The notes under the pieces were generated by a model. It had not been told where the DNA came from. It worked only from the letters and a program-made list of their open reading frames with translations, and ran no database searches. 64,000 nucleotides of DNA from Octopus bimaculoides (lineage: Eukaryota), in assembly GCF_001194135.2 (NCBI RefSeq), contig NC_068983.1, positions 161,248,357 through 161,312,356 of the forward strand, in the 5' to 3' direction. Positions 27,104 through 39,405 of the stretch are shown here, one piece after another. Both the position numbers and the translations under genes were made by a program. How positions within the stretch are numbered: the stretch's first letter is position 1; each line of letters starts with the position of its first letter.

Positions 27104-28361
27104 GGAACTTTTCTGTTGTTGTCACAGTTTTTAAAATTTTTTTAATTAATTGAAAATTTTTAAAGTTGGTATATTGATGTAATTTTTCACGCTGAATCTG
27201 ATTTTGTTATGCAGAAAAATTTTGAAAAAATGTTACAGAAGTGTCAAGTTTGATCATTTTTACCCAATCAGAAAACAGGATTTGAAAGCTGGAATTTTTT
27301 GCGTTCTAGCTGTCTATCACAAAATGAAATCAAAAACATTACGATGACGAATTTTTATTAAATGAAAGCAAAACATTACGACGACGAACGGTGTAGGAAG
27401 TGTTAAAGTTTTAAAACGTTTTAATCAATAAAGCTATGTGAAACGGTAGAACAGGAATGTAAAAAGTGTAAAAAGGGAAATTCCTCATTTTTTTTTTTTC
27501 CGAAAAATTACAAAAAAAAACTGTAGTAAATAGCTCTGGTCATGTAATGCATTTTTTGTAGCGAACATTCAAAAACAAAAGGCTGAGATCACTCTAGGAG
27601 TTTCTCAAACAAATTATGATTTTTGTATCTTCTGTGCTTTTGTATCTTCGCAGAGATACAAGTCAACTGTAGAACAGTGAGTCCCACAGGATCGTTTATT
27701 CCCTCTTTTTTTTACAGATCCGCGTGCTTTTCACTCGTTGCGTGAGTATCATCTTTCGAGTAAATAAACTCAATGCTGTGGTTCACTGTTCTATGTCGAA
27801 AATTATAACCATCAATTTCAGTAATGTGAGAGTAGGCACTCGATAAGTCACTGAAAATTGCGGTTCCTGGAAGAACCGATAGACATAAGCATTCCTCTAG
27901 TGTTTCGTGATTCCGACATGGCATCGCGTAGGGAAAAACATGCCTGATCTCGTAACACGTTCCTCCGAAAACCCACAGCTCAGGCAATACCCTTCCTCGG
28001 TTGTTTTTACGTCTTGAGAAGACTGATTTGTCTATCTCACCAATCATCCTAGAACCCCATATCTGAATTAGGTTGCAGAGCTGGTACATATTTCGCGAAC
28101 ATAGCTGTTGCGTTCAGCAGCTGAGCAATGATTCATCCCCAATTCTTCAATACAAAACTGGACTGAAGTCAATTCCTTGACCCATGAGTATACGAAATTT
28201 GCAAACTTTAAAAGCTATTAAAATTTTATAAATAAATTTATGGCAAAAATGAATTTCTCTTCCATAATTAGCATGCAAAACTACAACAGTGCACCAAATT
28301 TGAAACCCACTCGGATATAATTCTAGGAAATAGAAAACTTTGACAACAACAGTATAGATCC
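27104..28361 (-). mobile_element. Merlin (IS1595-like) DNA transposon, decayed
   Basis: 28-bp TIRs with 24/28 identity (GGAACTTTTCTGTTGTTGTCACAGTTTT / GGATCTATACTGTTGTTGTCAAAGTTTT) and an 8-bp TSD CAAGTGT(T/C). ORF 27712-28089 reads GEIDKSVFSRRKNNRGRVLPELWVFGG...LPGTAIFSD...AYSHI...HRTVNHS, the ISXO2/Merlin transposase pattern. Confidence 0.9.
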
Positions 28362-29585
28362 CAAGTGTCCTAGCATTTGGATGATGAAAGTGACAAAAAG
28401 GTGTATGCTAAACACAGGCGGAACACATACAACAAAAGCATCGATTTATCGTTTCCCACCCCCAAGCACATACCCACCTTAATGTCTACATCTTCCAGTG
28501 ATGTAAATCTCTCTCTCTTTCTCTCTCTCACACACACACGCACACACGACAGGATTCTGCTTACTAAATTCAACTCAGAAGGCACTAATCAAACCAAAGT
28601 TCTTGTAGAAAGGAGTTACTCAACCTGCCGTGTAGAGATCAAACCGGGCTACGTAAATGCGAACTTTTAACTCACACAGCCATGCTTGCGATCATTTTAC
28701 CTCTAGTTGCAATGATAGATAATTGGATTGTCGGCAGTTACTATTGAATAGTTAACGTTGTCCAAAACTCCAGGCAATTTATGTCTAAAACAAAAAAAAT
28801 ATATAGGCTGCTAAATATTAGAATGAATTTGATCATGGATTTGCTCAATAGGAGTTGATCTGGAACTAAATAACGACAATATCACTTAATTTTCCGTACG
28901 AAAGAGAGCCGCATTCACTCTTTCACTCCAAGCACTCAAGCTTCGCAAAGGACTAAAGTTACTTGCTCTTCTCTCCATGTCATTTCGCAAACTATATGGA
29001 TTCACAAGACAAGTGTTTTCTTTCCTGCTTTTAATAAAGCAAACACCTGAGTGATAAATAGCAAATTTACAATATTAAAATTTACTTTCAATTAGTACTT
29101 ATCGACCAATTTCAGAAAGATAAAAGGTAAATTCGACCACGGAACTTAACACGACTTCGCTAGCCATTTTGTTTGCTCTTCAATCGATCTACTACCCGAT
29201 GTCTTTGTAATTTCACCTCCCAATAAAGCTAATGTTTTAAGTTCAAATCATTCCATTTATTTCGTTATTTACCATTCATTTAATATAATAGTGTATCGTT
29301 TATATTATTATACCTAATATTTTAATTAGTTGGCACTCCACCGGTTTTTTAATTCAATAATCCACCAACTCAGATTTTCTTTTGTCATCTTCTTTGCTAG
29401 GGTGTTTAAATAGTAATAAACAGGTTTCAACTAATTATTACCCGATAATAGACTCTTCGCCAGGTTAAACTGGTTATGAACAAATTAATTGAATAGTTAG
29501 ATTTAATGGTGTATCACATAATAAGTTAACCAGAGTTATTTGGAAATTACGTTTATCAGATTAGTGTTAACATTGATTAGCATTG

Positions 29586-29670
<85 letters not shown>

Positions 29671-31279
29671 TTTCTCAACAATTAAGAAAGCATGGACCAA
29701 ATTGAATTTTCATGTTACTAGAATTAGGATAGCTAGTTACAAAAGCACATCAAACACTTACCATTAAGTAACTTTATAAACTAAATAATTAGCGAAAATT
29801 CTTACTCATTATGTAAGAGGTGAGGACTTTAAAAAAGAGTGAGGATAAATATTTCTTCTGGTGTTTATGCACTTCTTGACTATTTTATACAAACCACAAA
29901 AAGTAATCCTAGACTAGGATTACGGTAACTTAACTAAACGTATTGTGTCAAGTTTTCTGCAACAATAAAACTAATCAATCATATGTTTATCACGCTGATG
30001 GCTTCTCAAATTAATTCATAATACTAGATGTAGCAATGTAGCATCTCTTCCTTGGACTTCGGTAACAGCCAGTTTTTGGACCTAAATGGTCAGATCCACT
30101 CTTACTTCTTTTGTGTGACAAATGATCTCCAGTTTTTAGAAATTATAGCAAAGTATAAATATACTGTTAATTGCAATATTATAAAACTTTCGTGGGGTGG
30201 GGAACTGAATTGTAAATTAACGAGTAAAATTTTATTTTTATGGAATACATTCGGAATTAAAGGTTAGGACTTTCCTTCTGAGTCCCGTTACATTTGTGTA
30301 TGGCGAGTTTATTCAGCTGAATAATTAAATACAATAAGCTTTGATGCCTTTCCTGCAATAATCTGTCGAATCATTTTTTTTTTGTCTTTTTATCAAAGAT
30401 ATCAACGTATAGCAATTCCATACACGCATTTGTCAGTGACATAGGATTTCACTGCCTCTATATGTTTCTAGTTTCTTGTTCCGTTTACTATTATTAACCT
30501 CTTCAGTCAATAAGATTTCCCTGAATCTTGAGATTAAGCTCTTAAAATCTCGTAGTAATTAATTAATACCAAAGCGCTGAAATACTTAACCACCCAAGCT
30601 ACACATTCTACAATTCACTACACCTTAAATATAAAATTGCACCTCTAAAATTGTTTTGTTTTGATTTTTGCTTTTCTTTTCTTATGAAAACAGAAAATAA
30701 ATAAATATTGCAACTTTGAAATGTTATTGATACAATAGCATTCCAGAGTTGAGACACAGATGTTTTGAAATATTGTGTCTTGTCAGCCAGAAACAACTGG
30801 AGCTCTGAGCCTAAACAAAACCGTTGGCTTTGATTATGCTTTCAGTGAACAAATTTTTTGCTGATTGGTGCCTACATCTGTCAACCGATAAAAAAAAAAC
30901 AGAAAATTGTAATTTGCACCGTGTACATCGAGATCTGGAACGGTTACTTACATATTTATTTTTAATACATCTAGGCAGGTTCAGACGCAAAATGTGGCGA
31001 TCGCTGTAGTGTATGTCATAAGAGAACGACTTCTCCCTTTTACGTCGATAGTGTGTTCAACACACGTGGATCAATGGTGCACCACATTCTTGGACATCGA
31101 TGTTTCGACATGTTGTGTCTCGTCAATCAAAAGCAGCCAGAATTCTGAGTCTAAGCAAAACTGCTGGCTTTGTGTATATTTTCATTAAGGAAATAGCTAA
31201 CAGATTAGTGCTCATATCTGCCAACTGATAAGAAACTTAATATAAAAATCGTTAATATAAAAATATATACTGCACAATT

Positions 31280-31618
31280 GTGGAGGTGCAATGGCCCAGT
31301 GGTTAGGGCAGCAGACTCGCGGTCATAGGATCGCGGTTTCGATTCCCAGACCGGACGTTGTGAGTGTTTATTGAGCGAAAACATCTAAAGCTCGACGAGG
31401 CTCCGGCAGTGGGATGGTGGCGAACCCTGCTGTACTCTTCCACCACAACTTCCTCACTCTTTCTTCCTGTTTCTGTTGTGCCTGTAATTCAAAGGGTCAG
31501 CCTTGTCATGCTGAATATCCCCGAGAACTACGCTAAAGGTACACGTGTCTGTAGAGTGCTCAGATCGGATCAACTGGAACCCTCGACGTCGTAAGAGACG
31601 CAGTGCCAACAACAACAG
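31280..31618 (+). mobile_element. SINE family A, two internal deletions
   Basis: 10-bp TSD CTGCACAATT at 31270-31279 and 31619-31628. Confidence 0.9.
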
Positions 31619-32340
31619 CTGCACAATTATCAAAACCTTAGTAATCAGTGAGTTTCAGCTACGCAATCAATGACTCATCCCACACATTCAAAGCCACATC
31701 CACCAGGCAGCTACCCACTTTTTTTTCTATGGCTTTTCATCCATTTATCTAATAAATTGCTTTCGCTCTTCTAAAATTCCCTTCCGTATGCTCTTTACGA
31801 GTAATTATTGTTTTGACCTTACTCCTCTGCTCTCGTCCTCATCATACACACGCGTGCACACACAAGTAGGTATGTATGTCTGTACGTACATGGATGCTCC
31901 CCCGTCTCCCTCTCTCTCCTTCACGCTCACATCTTCTCACTCTTTCTATTCGACCGTCCTCTAACCTGTTGATGAAAAACTATTACCGTGTTTGATAGCA
32001 CATAAACACTCCTTTTTCCATAAACATGTCTCAAAAAAAAACCCCATCTGTTCTGTATGCGAAGTTAAGATAACATTACGTTCTTTAAAGCAGTAAAAAC
32101 GTTTGATATTGATGTATATTTGATTGATATATAACCGTGCGTCTTTTATATCATCAATTACAGTTGCAATGGTTGATTTTTGCTCTGGCTCGTAGTAGTT
32201 GTACCTGGCATTAGCCCTAGTTAGGGGTTAAAAAGCAGGGGATGGTTCTGTACGGTATTCGCTCGGATAATGTATCCCTCCAAATTCACTTATATATAGC
32301 ATATATATATATATCGTTGACCAAACGCCATTCAATTTTT

Positions 32341-33008
32341 GGATCTTTTTTTAAAACGGGGGCCACATTTTTCATTAACGAAACACTTTGAAACTTGGAA
32401 CACTGGTAGAATGTGTCATATAAAACATCTTTTTCTCTTAGTCTTCTTAAACAAAAAAGAAATCCATAAATTATTCCATGTTAAAGTTGTCGTATTTCTG
32501 TAATTTCAACCAATCACTGACGTCCATTCAGCCGATATACATTAAGTGCCGACTACATAAACAAACGATTCTGAAACAATTAACCCTAACCCTAACCCTA
32601 ACTCTAACCCTAACCCTAACCCTAGGGTTAGAGTTAGGGTTAGGCTTAGGCTTAGGCTTAGGGTTAGGGTNNNNNNNNNNNNNNNNNNNNNNNNNNNNNN
32701 NNNNNNNNNNNNNNNNNNNNNNNNNNNNNNNNNNNNNNNNNNNNNNNNNNNNNNNNNNNNNNNNNNNNNNNNNNNNNNNNNNNNNNNNNNNNNNNNNNNN
32801 NNNNNNNTATCGGCTGAATGGACGTCAGTGATTGGTTGAAATTATCGAAATAAGACAATTTTTTACATGAAATAAATTCGAATACAAAAATATTTTTCTG
32901 TTCTATAACACAAAATAGATAAGTATACGAGGTTTGAAAGTCTTTCGGTACCAAAAACACTACGTAAAACATTAATGAAAAATGTGGCCCCCGTTTTAAA
33001 AAAGATCC
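32341..33008. mobile_element. Fold-back MITE with a perfect 8-bp TSD (Merlin-type) and central telomeric repeats
   Basis: Termini GGATC...GATCC, ~40-bp TIRs, TSD CAATTTTT at 32333-32340 and 33009-33016, and an inner inverted block TATCGGCTGAATGGACGTCAGTGATTGGTTGAAATTA. Confidence 0.85.
32581..32670. repeat. Interstitial telomeric array (CCCTAA)n then (TTAGGG/TTAGGC)n, running into a gap
   Basis: Direct reading. The polarity switch is at CCCTAGGG, 32620-32627. Confidence 0.95.
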
Positions 33009-33016
33009 CAATTTTT

Positions 33017-33180
33017 TTCTCCGTGTTTTTCTCCTTGTTTTCTCCGTATTCTTTCTGTTGAAGAGCGTAGCTCGAAACGTTAAAGACTTTCTGTATTCCC
33101 GAGCGTCAAACTAATACATCCTTTTGTTGTTTACACCACCTGTCCTCGTCTGTTGTTGTTTTTTTTCCGTACATTCTCCC
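33017..33180 (+). mobile_element. Penelope-like tail fragment
   Basis: T-rich flanks around a hammerhead-like motif. Confidence 0.5.
33050..33086 (+). ncRNA. 37-nt minimal hammerhead-like motif with a non-canonical CUGUUGA core
   Basis: UCUUU-CUGUUGA-A-GAGC(GUA)GCUC-GAAAC-GUU-AAAGA; stems I and II pair perfectly. Confidence 0.5.
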
Positions 33181-33312
33181 ATATATATATATATATATAT
33201 ATATAGGCACGATAGAGAGTGAGGATAGACATCTGTATTAACTCATGTACCATTATATATACAATCATACAAACATATATATACATGCAAGCCAACGATG
33301 GTGCCTCCAGAT

Positions 33313-33610
33313 CAAGGGTTCTCAATCAGTTTGTGTACGCCTTTGATTACTATTGTTTTCTGCTGGACCTCTATAGCCATTCAATGTTTAAAACTAGTTT
33401 TATAAATACTTATTTCAAAATTCCTATTTTGTTTTTCACTCATTAATTTGTGTTGGTTGAACTATGTAAAATGTTCGAGAAAGAATCCAAGCTGTTTCTT
33501 GCAATACATACTAATACAGAATACTAATGTAGATCCCCAATTTGCTGTTTTACTGCATGGAGCACCAAAAATCTTATATGGATCCTATGGACCCCGGTTG
33601 AGAACCACTG
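33313..33610. mobile_element. hAT (Charlie-type) MITE
   Basis: Termini CAAGGGTTCTCAATC / GGTTGAGAACCACTG, with an 8-bp TSD CTCCAGAT / CTCTAAAT close to NTCTAGAN. Confidence 0.7.
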
Positions 33611-34712
33611 CTCTAAATAGTCACCCGACTGTTAGAAATAGCAGTCAATTCTCCTTAAAATTACATCTTAACATATTTTTTTTTCTACTTTATATAATGT
33701 AGCCTTGATTACTTTGAAAAAGCGAGATGGTCAAATCAGGAATACTTTTGACCTTGGATTTGCTTCATCAGAGATAACGACATTCACATCTACTTATTTA
33801 TACAATTCTCTCTCTGTTTATCTATTTCTTCTTGGTATGTGTGCGGGGTGGCGGCGGATTATGCGCGGGTATTTATTCGGTAGAGAAAAATAAAATTAAT
33901 AAAAAAAAAAAAATGAATTCGGGACAAAATAGTGAGATCGATATAAATAACCCAAACCCTTTTATGGTGTCGCCCGAGCAAGCTGCATTCCAATAACTGA
34001 AAGCGGTAAAGGAGCAAATCATGCAGATCTACTCTTATCGAAGAATTTTGATGTCTTTTCTGTGGAATAAATTCCTGAAAACCAAAACAAAAAAAAAAGT
34101 ATAGGAATCATTTTCGTTTTAATTTAAACCACAGAAAAAGAAAAACAACCCACCCTCTTTNNNNNNNNNNNNNNNNNNNNNNNNNNNNNNNNNNNNNNNN
34201 NNNNNNNNNNNNNNNNNNNNNNNNNNNNNNNNNNNNNNNNNNNNNNNNNNNNNNNNNNNNNNNNNNNNNNNNNNNNNNNNNNNNNNNNNNNNNNNNNNNN
34301 NNNNNNNNNNNNNNNNNNNNNNNNNNNNNNNNNNNNNNNNNNNNNNNNNNNNNNNNNNNNNNNNNNNNNNNNNNNNNNNNNNNNNNNNNNNNNNNNNNNN
34401 NNNNNNNNNNNNNNNNNNNNNNNNNNNNNNNNNNNNNNNNNNNNNNNNNNNNNNNNNNNNNNNNNNNNNNNNNNNNNNNNNNNNNNNNNNNNNNNNNNNN
34501 NNNNNNNNNNNNNNNNNNNNNNNNNNNNNNNNNNNNNNNNNNNNNNNNNNNNNNNNNNNNNNNNNNNNNNNNNNNNNNNNNNNNNNNNNNNNNNNNNNNN
34601 NNNNNNNNNNNNNNNNNNNNNNNNNNNNNNNNNNNNNNNNNNNNNNNNNNNNNNNNNNNNNNNNNNNNNNNNNNNNNNNNNNNNNNNNNNNNNNNNNNNN
34701 NNNNNNNNNNNN

Positions 34713-34770
<58 letters not shown>

Positions 34771-35004
34771 CGTATACACATACACACGCCACACAAATAC
34801 ACACACAACAAGCATGCATTTGTATATATATACACATGTAGCTTCTATGTGTACATATGCATTTGCACATAAGTAACTTGATGTTTGTGCAGTAATTAAT
34901 TAAATGATCCATTAAAGACAGGTAATCTCTCGCTACCTCGATTAGACACACGCAAATACACACACACACACACACACACGCACACATTTATACACACACA
35001 CACA

Positions 35005-36052
35005 CACATTCCTTTACTTGTTCAGTCATTTGACTGCGGCCATGCTGGAGCACCGCCTTTAGTCAAACAAATCGACCCCAGGACTTATTCTTTGTCAGCC
35101 TAGTACTTATCGTTTTTTGCCGCTAAGTTACGGGGACACAAACACACTAACATCGGTTGTCAAGCGATGGTGGTGGGGGACATCATTTGGTTTGTTGTGT
35201 CTCCACTGTCCCGTTTCTGTTACCAACTTTGACCCTCCGTAAACCCCAAATTTTAAAATTTTGGTTCGCGGGAGCAACTGTTTTTCGAAGCCTCATATTG
35301 TCGTGACAACTGGTGAAGGATCGTTCTTTATGTTACTTGTCTTGTTTTCCATTTGTTTCTCTCGTTGTTCGTATACCCAAGTTTGCCTTTGTATTTCATG
35401 TTGTTTACGTTTTGTGACGTCCTGTACCCATATATATATATATCAATAATCCTTTCCTTCCTTGGCTTTCGCCAAGCAACGCACGCCACCACTTTGTCTC
35501 TCTCGGTTCCGTGCTTCATCGCGTTCATACACACATAATTTTTCTCGTCTGGCCGAAAAGCCTTTTCTGTTTGTTTTCCTGTCTTGTTTTTTGTCCGCCA
35601 CTACATTCCTCCATGGCTAGATTTAATTTGCGTATACAAATTTAATCTGCGATCCATGGGACGAGCCGTTTTANNNNNNNNNNNNNNNNNNNNNNNNNNN
35701 NNNNNNNNNNNNNNNNNNNNNNNNNNNNNNNNNNNNNNNNNNNNNNNNNNNNNNNNNNNNNNNNNNNNNNNNNNNNNNNNNNNNNNNNNNNNNNNNNNNN
35801 NNNNNNNNNNNNNNNNNNNNNNNNNNNNNNNNNNNNNNNNNNNNNNNNNNNNNNNNNNNNNNNNNNNNNNNNNNNNNNNNNNNNNNNNNNNNNNNNNNNN
35901 NNNNNNNNNNNNNNNNNNNNNNNNNNNNNNNNNNNNNNNNNNNNNNNNNNNNNNNNNNNNNNNNNNNNNNNNNNNATATGCACCTATACATACAGGTGGA
36001 TGTCGGTATGCACATACCTGTACGTATATATGCATATACTCATTTACTATTT

Positions 36053-36088
<36 letters not shown>

Positions 36089-36250
36089 GACGGGCTTCTT
36101 TCAGTTTACCAAATCCATTTACCACTAACAAGGCTTTGGTCGACCCGAAGCTATACTAGAAGACACTTGCCTAAGATGCCACACAGTCGGACTGAACCAG
36201 GAACCACGTGTTGGTAAGCAAACTACTTACCACACAGCCACTCCTGCGCC
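35005..36250 (-). mobile_element. SINE family C in two halves (35005-35185 and 36084-36250), with a Penelope-like tail (about 35290-35430) and a gap between them
   Basis: The 5' and 3' halves are collinear and break at the internal microsatellite. That they are one element is inferred. Confidence 0.55.
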
Positions 36251-36324
<74 letters not shown>

Positions 36325-39027
36325 CCGGTAACGTGGAAGGAGGAGAGATGGATAGGTGACAGCGGGATTGAAGGATTAGAAAAAAATCAGAGACAAGGAG
36401 AAAGGTACAGGGGACATAAACAAGTGGGACGACGAGCTTCTTTCAGTTTCCGTTAACCAAATCCACTGACAAGAATTTGGTCGCCCAGAGGCCATAGTAG
36501 AAGACACTTGCCCAAGCATCAACGCCAAGGACTGATTAGGAATAAACGAACTTTAGGTTAGCTAAAATTAATTTGCGGTATATTTTGATCTCCAAAGGTA
36601 AATTCACTACAGTTACAGTTGACAAATATGCTCTCTGATGGTAAAGGATGTAAAAACACCGTATCTTCCCAGTGTTTCCTTTTAATGGATTCCCAGACCT
36701 GCGTTTCTGATTCTTTAGCTTTCCTCAATGGGAAATACCGAAAAGAGATAACCATGGGCAGATTCAAAGCGAAGCTTTAACTAAAAATCAGTCATCATCA
36801 GTGACTGAGTTGCAGTAGTGGACCGACTGGTCGGAATGAAAATAGCAGCATTAGCGCACCCGGGACCCGCTAGAGGAATGCACTTAGCAAATATGGTGTT
36901 TTAGACCTCTTGCTATAAGAGAGAATTTTATTTTCTCGACGGTAACTGCAGGCAATTTGCCTTTAGAGGTCAAAATGTCACAAACATTTTAACTAACCTA
37001 AAGTTCATATACGCATATATATATANNNNNNNNNNNNNNNNNNNNNNNNNNNNNNNNNNNNNNNNNNNNNNNNNNNNNNNNNNNNNNNNNNNNNNNNNNN
37101 NNNNNNNNNNNNNNNNNNNNNNNNNNNNNNNNNNNNNNNNNNNNNNNNNNNNNNNNNNNNNNNNNNNNNNNNNNNNNNNNNNNNNNNNNNNNNNNNNNNN
37201 NNNNNNNNNNNNNNNNNNNNNNNNNNNNNNNNNNNNNNNNNNNNNNNNNNNNNNNNNNNNNNNNNNNNNNNNNNNNNNNNNNNNNNNNNNNNNNNNNNNN
37301 NNNNNNNNNNNNNNNNNNNNNNNNNNNNNNNNNNNNNNNNNNNNNNNNNNNNNNNNNNNNNNNNNNNNNNNNNNNNNNNNNNNNNNNNNNNNNNNNNNNN
37401 NNNNNNNNNNNNNNNNNNNNNATATATATATGTACGTCCGTATGCATAGATATATGTGTGTGTATATATACATATATGTGTGCGCATATATGTATATATA
37501 TACATAATCACACGCGCGCGCACACACACACAAAGCAATAGAGAAAGAAAGGGACTACGACCAAAATAGGAATGGTTGTACAAATGAACCACGTTAATTG
37601 AAAAGAAGGCCTAATAAATGACAATTGACATATTTAATCAGTAGTAGTTTTCATTAAATGGTGATAAAATGTCTGAGAGAATGGGGAAGATGACAACGTT
37701 GGAAGATTTCGGTGATATTACATTTAGCCCAGATATAATTAAGATAGCTATCTATCATCAACTAAATATTAGTAGTATCATTAAACCTGGTATTATATTG
37801 AGTTCCCATTGAAGTTCTTTTCTTCGCCGCAGTACTACTGTAACGTAATGTAATATAACTACCGTTTTTTCCTGTGATGAAAATTAGACGTGAAAACCTC
37901 TGTGGGAGATTTATCGTGTCTTGAGTAGACAGAATAAATTCTATCTCAGTTTACGGCTGACTTTTCTAATCATTCTCCTGCTAAAACAAATGATTCCGAA
38001 AGAGCACCATAAATTCTTTCCTGATCTTTTTGACACAGACATTTTGTCGCAAGGTTATCGTTGACACCCAACAGAGGTAACATCTTAGATGGCGCTCAAA
38101 TGTTTGGCATCACTTCTAAGAAATGCGAATACGATATCTTATGTGTAGGGCGTTGAAAATAAATACTATTGCATTTCGTTTGTGATAGAATTAGGAAATA
38201 AAAGACATTCTTCAACAAGAAATAGTATAGAAAAGAGCGTCCACTTGAAATCCTCTGTATCTGTCTCTCTCTCTATATATATATATCTCCTCTCTATCCT
38301 TCTCTCACACTCCCTCTTTTATTTCCTGCTTTCTCTCCTATCTTTTCCTTTAGTTGAAGCAATGTTTGTAAATAACGAATTCTCGTCTGGTTTTGAATAG
38401 CAAAATCGTGTAGTCACAACAGAAGCCAAGTATCAGGACCATTCCAACAATCGGTGCTGCATTATGTTTATATAAGCTATAAGTAGAAATAATAATATAT
38501 TAAATATATGAAACACAAACCAATTGGAGTAGAATACATGCGAATGTTGTAAAAGCAAGAAGTAATGTCCCAAAGCGTCAAATCCGCTATATGCCTTTAG
38601 ATGGCCGGCTAAATTCAAAACACCTTTTGTCATTGATCTCCCAAATGAAATTTATTACTTCGTTCCAAATAAAAATGACATAATCATAGGTGTACGACGA
38701 AAGGCTTTGATACTTAATATAATATGTTATGGCAAAGAGAAAATTAATACACGTGTGCACGCATGTTTGGCCGGCGTGTTACTCGTTTTAAAATTTTGCT
38801 GGCGTGTACTCGTTTTAAAAGTTCGAAAAGTGGAACACTCTGACCAATCTATAAGAGGTATAAATATCTTTACACCATCACTGTTTTTAACATTCCGTTT
38901 TAAAACTTTCAGATTTTTTCTTGGTTTTGGATTTCTCTATAGTTCTATATTTAAGAGATGAGGAATTATGTACATAATTTATATTATTTACAATTGACGG
39001 ATATTTGTCCTCATCTTGCTTGTTGTT

Positions 39028-39073
39028 AACACAACATTTCGACTGATATACCCTCCAGTCTTCCTCAGGTATT
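39028..39073 (-). ncRNA. Hammerhead motif in the left arm
   Basis: AAUAC-CUGAGGA-A-GACUG(10)CAGUC-GAAAU-GUU-GUGUU. Confidence 0.55.
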
Positions 39074-39109
39074 CTCATTCCTAAGGTATTTTTCGATGTT
39101 GTTGTTGTC

Positions 39110-39150
<41 letters not shown>

Positions 39151-39359
39151 GGTTACTACCTGGAATCGAACTCGGAATCTTGGGGGTTAGTAACCCACAC
39201 TCTTAACCGCTACGCCATGAGCATATGGCGTAGTGGTTAAGAGCGCGTGCTACTAACCCCAAGATTCCGAGTTCGATTCCAGGCAGTGACCTGAATAATA
39301 ATAAGACGAATATCGAAAAATACCTTAGGAATGAGAACCCAGGTTCTAAATTTCCCCAA

Positions 39360-39405
39360 GACACCTGATGAAGGCTGGAGGATACATCAGCCGAAACGTT
39401 GTGTT
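39360..39405 (+). ncRNA. Minimal type I hammerhead ribozyme, intact core
   Basis: GACAC-CUGAUGA-A-GGCUG(10)CAGCC-GAAAC-GUU-GUGUU, with a palindromic ACGU stem III as in dimer-dependent Penelope hammerheads. Confidence 0.78.

Noticed and set aside
32581-32670. Chromosome end or telomere-fusion relic
   Set aside because: The polarity is opposite to a fusion scar, and the array sits inside a TSD-flanked element.
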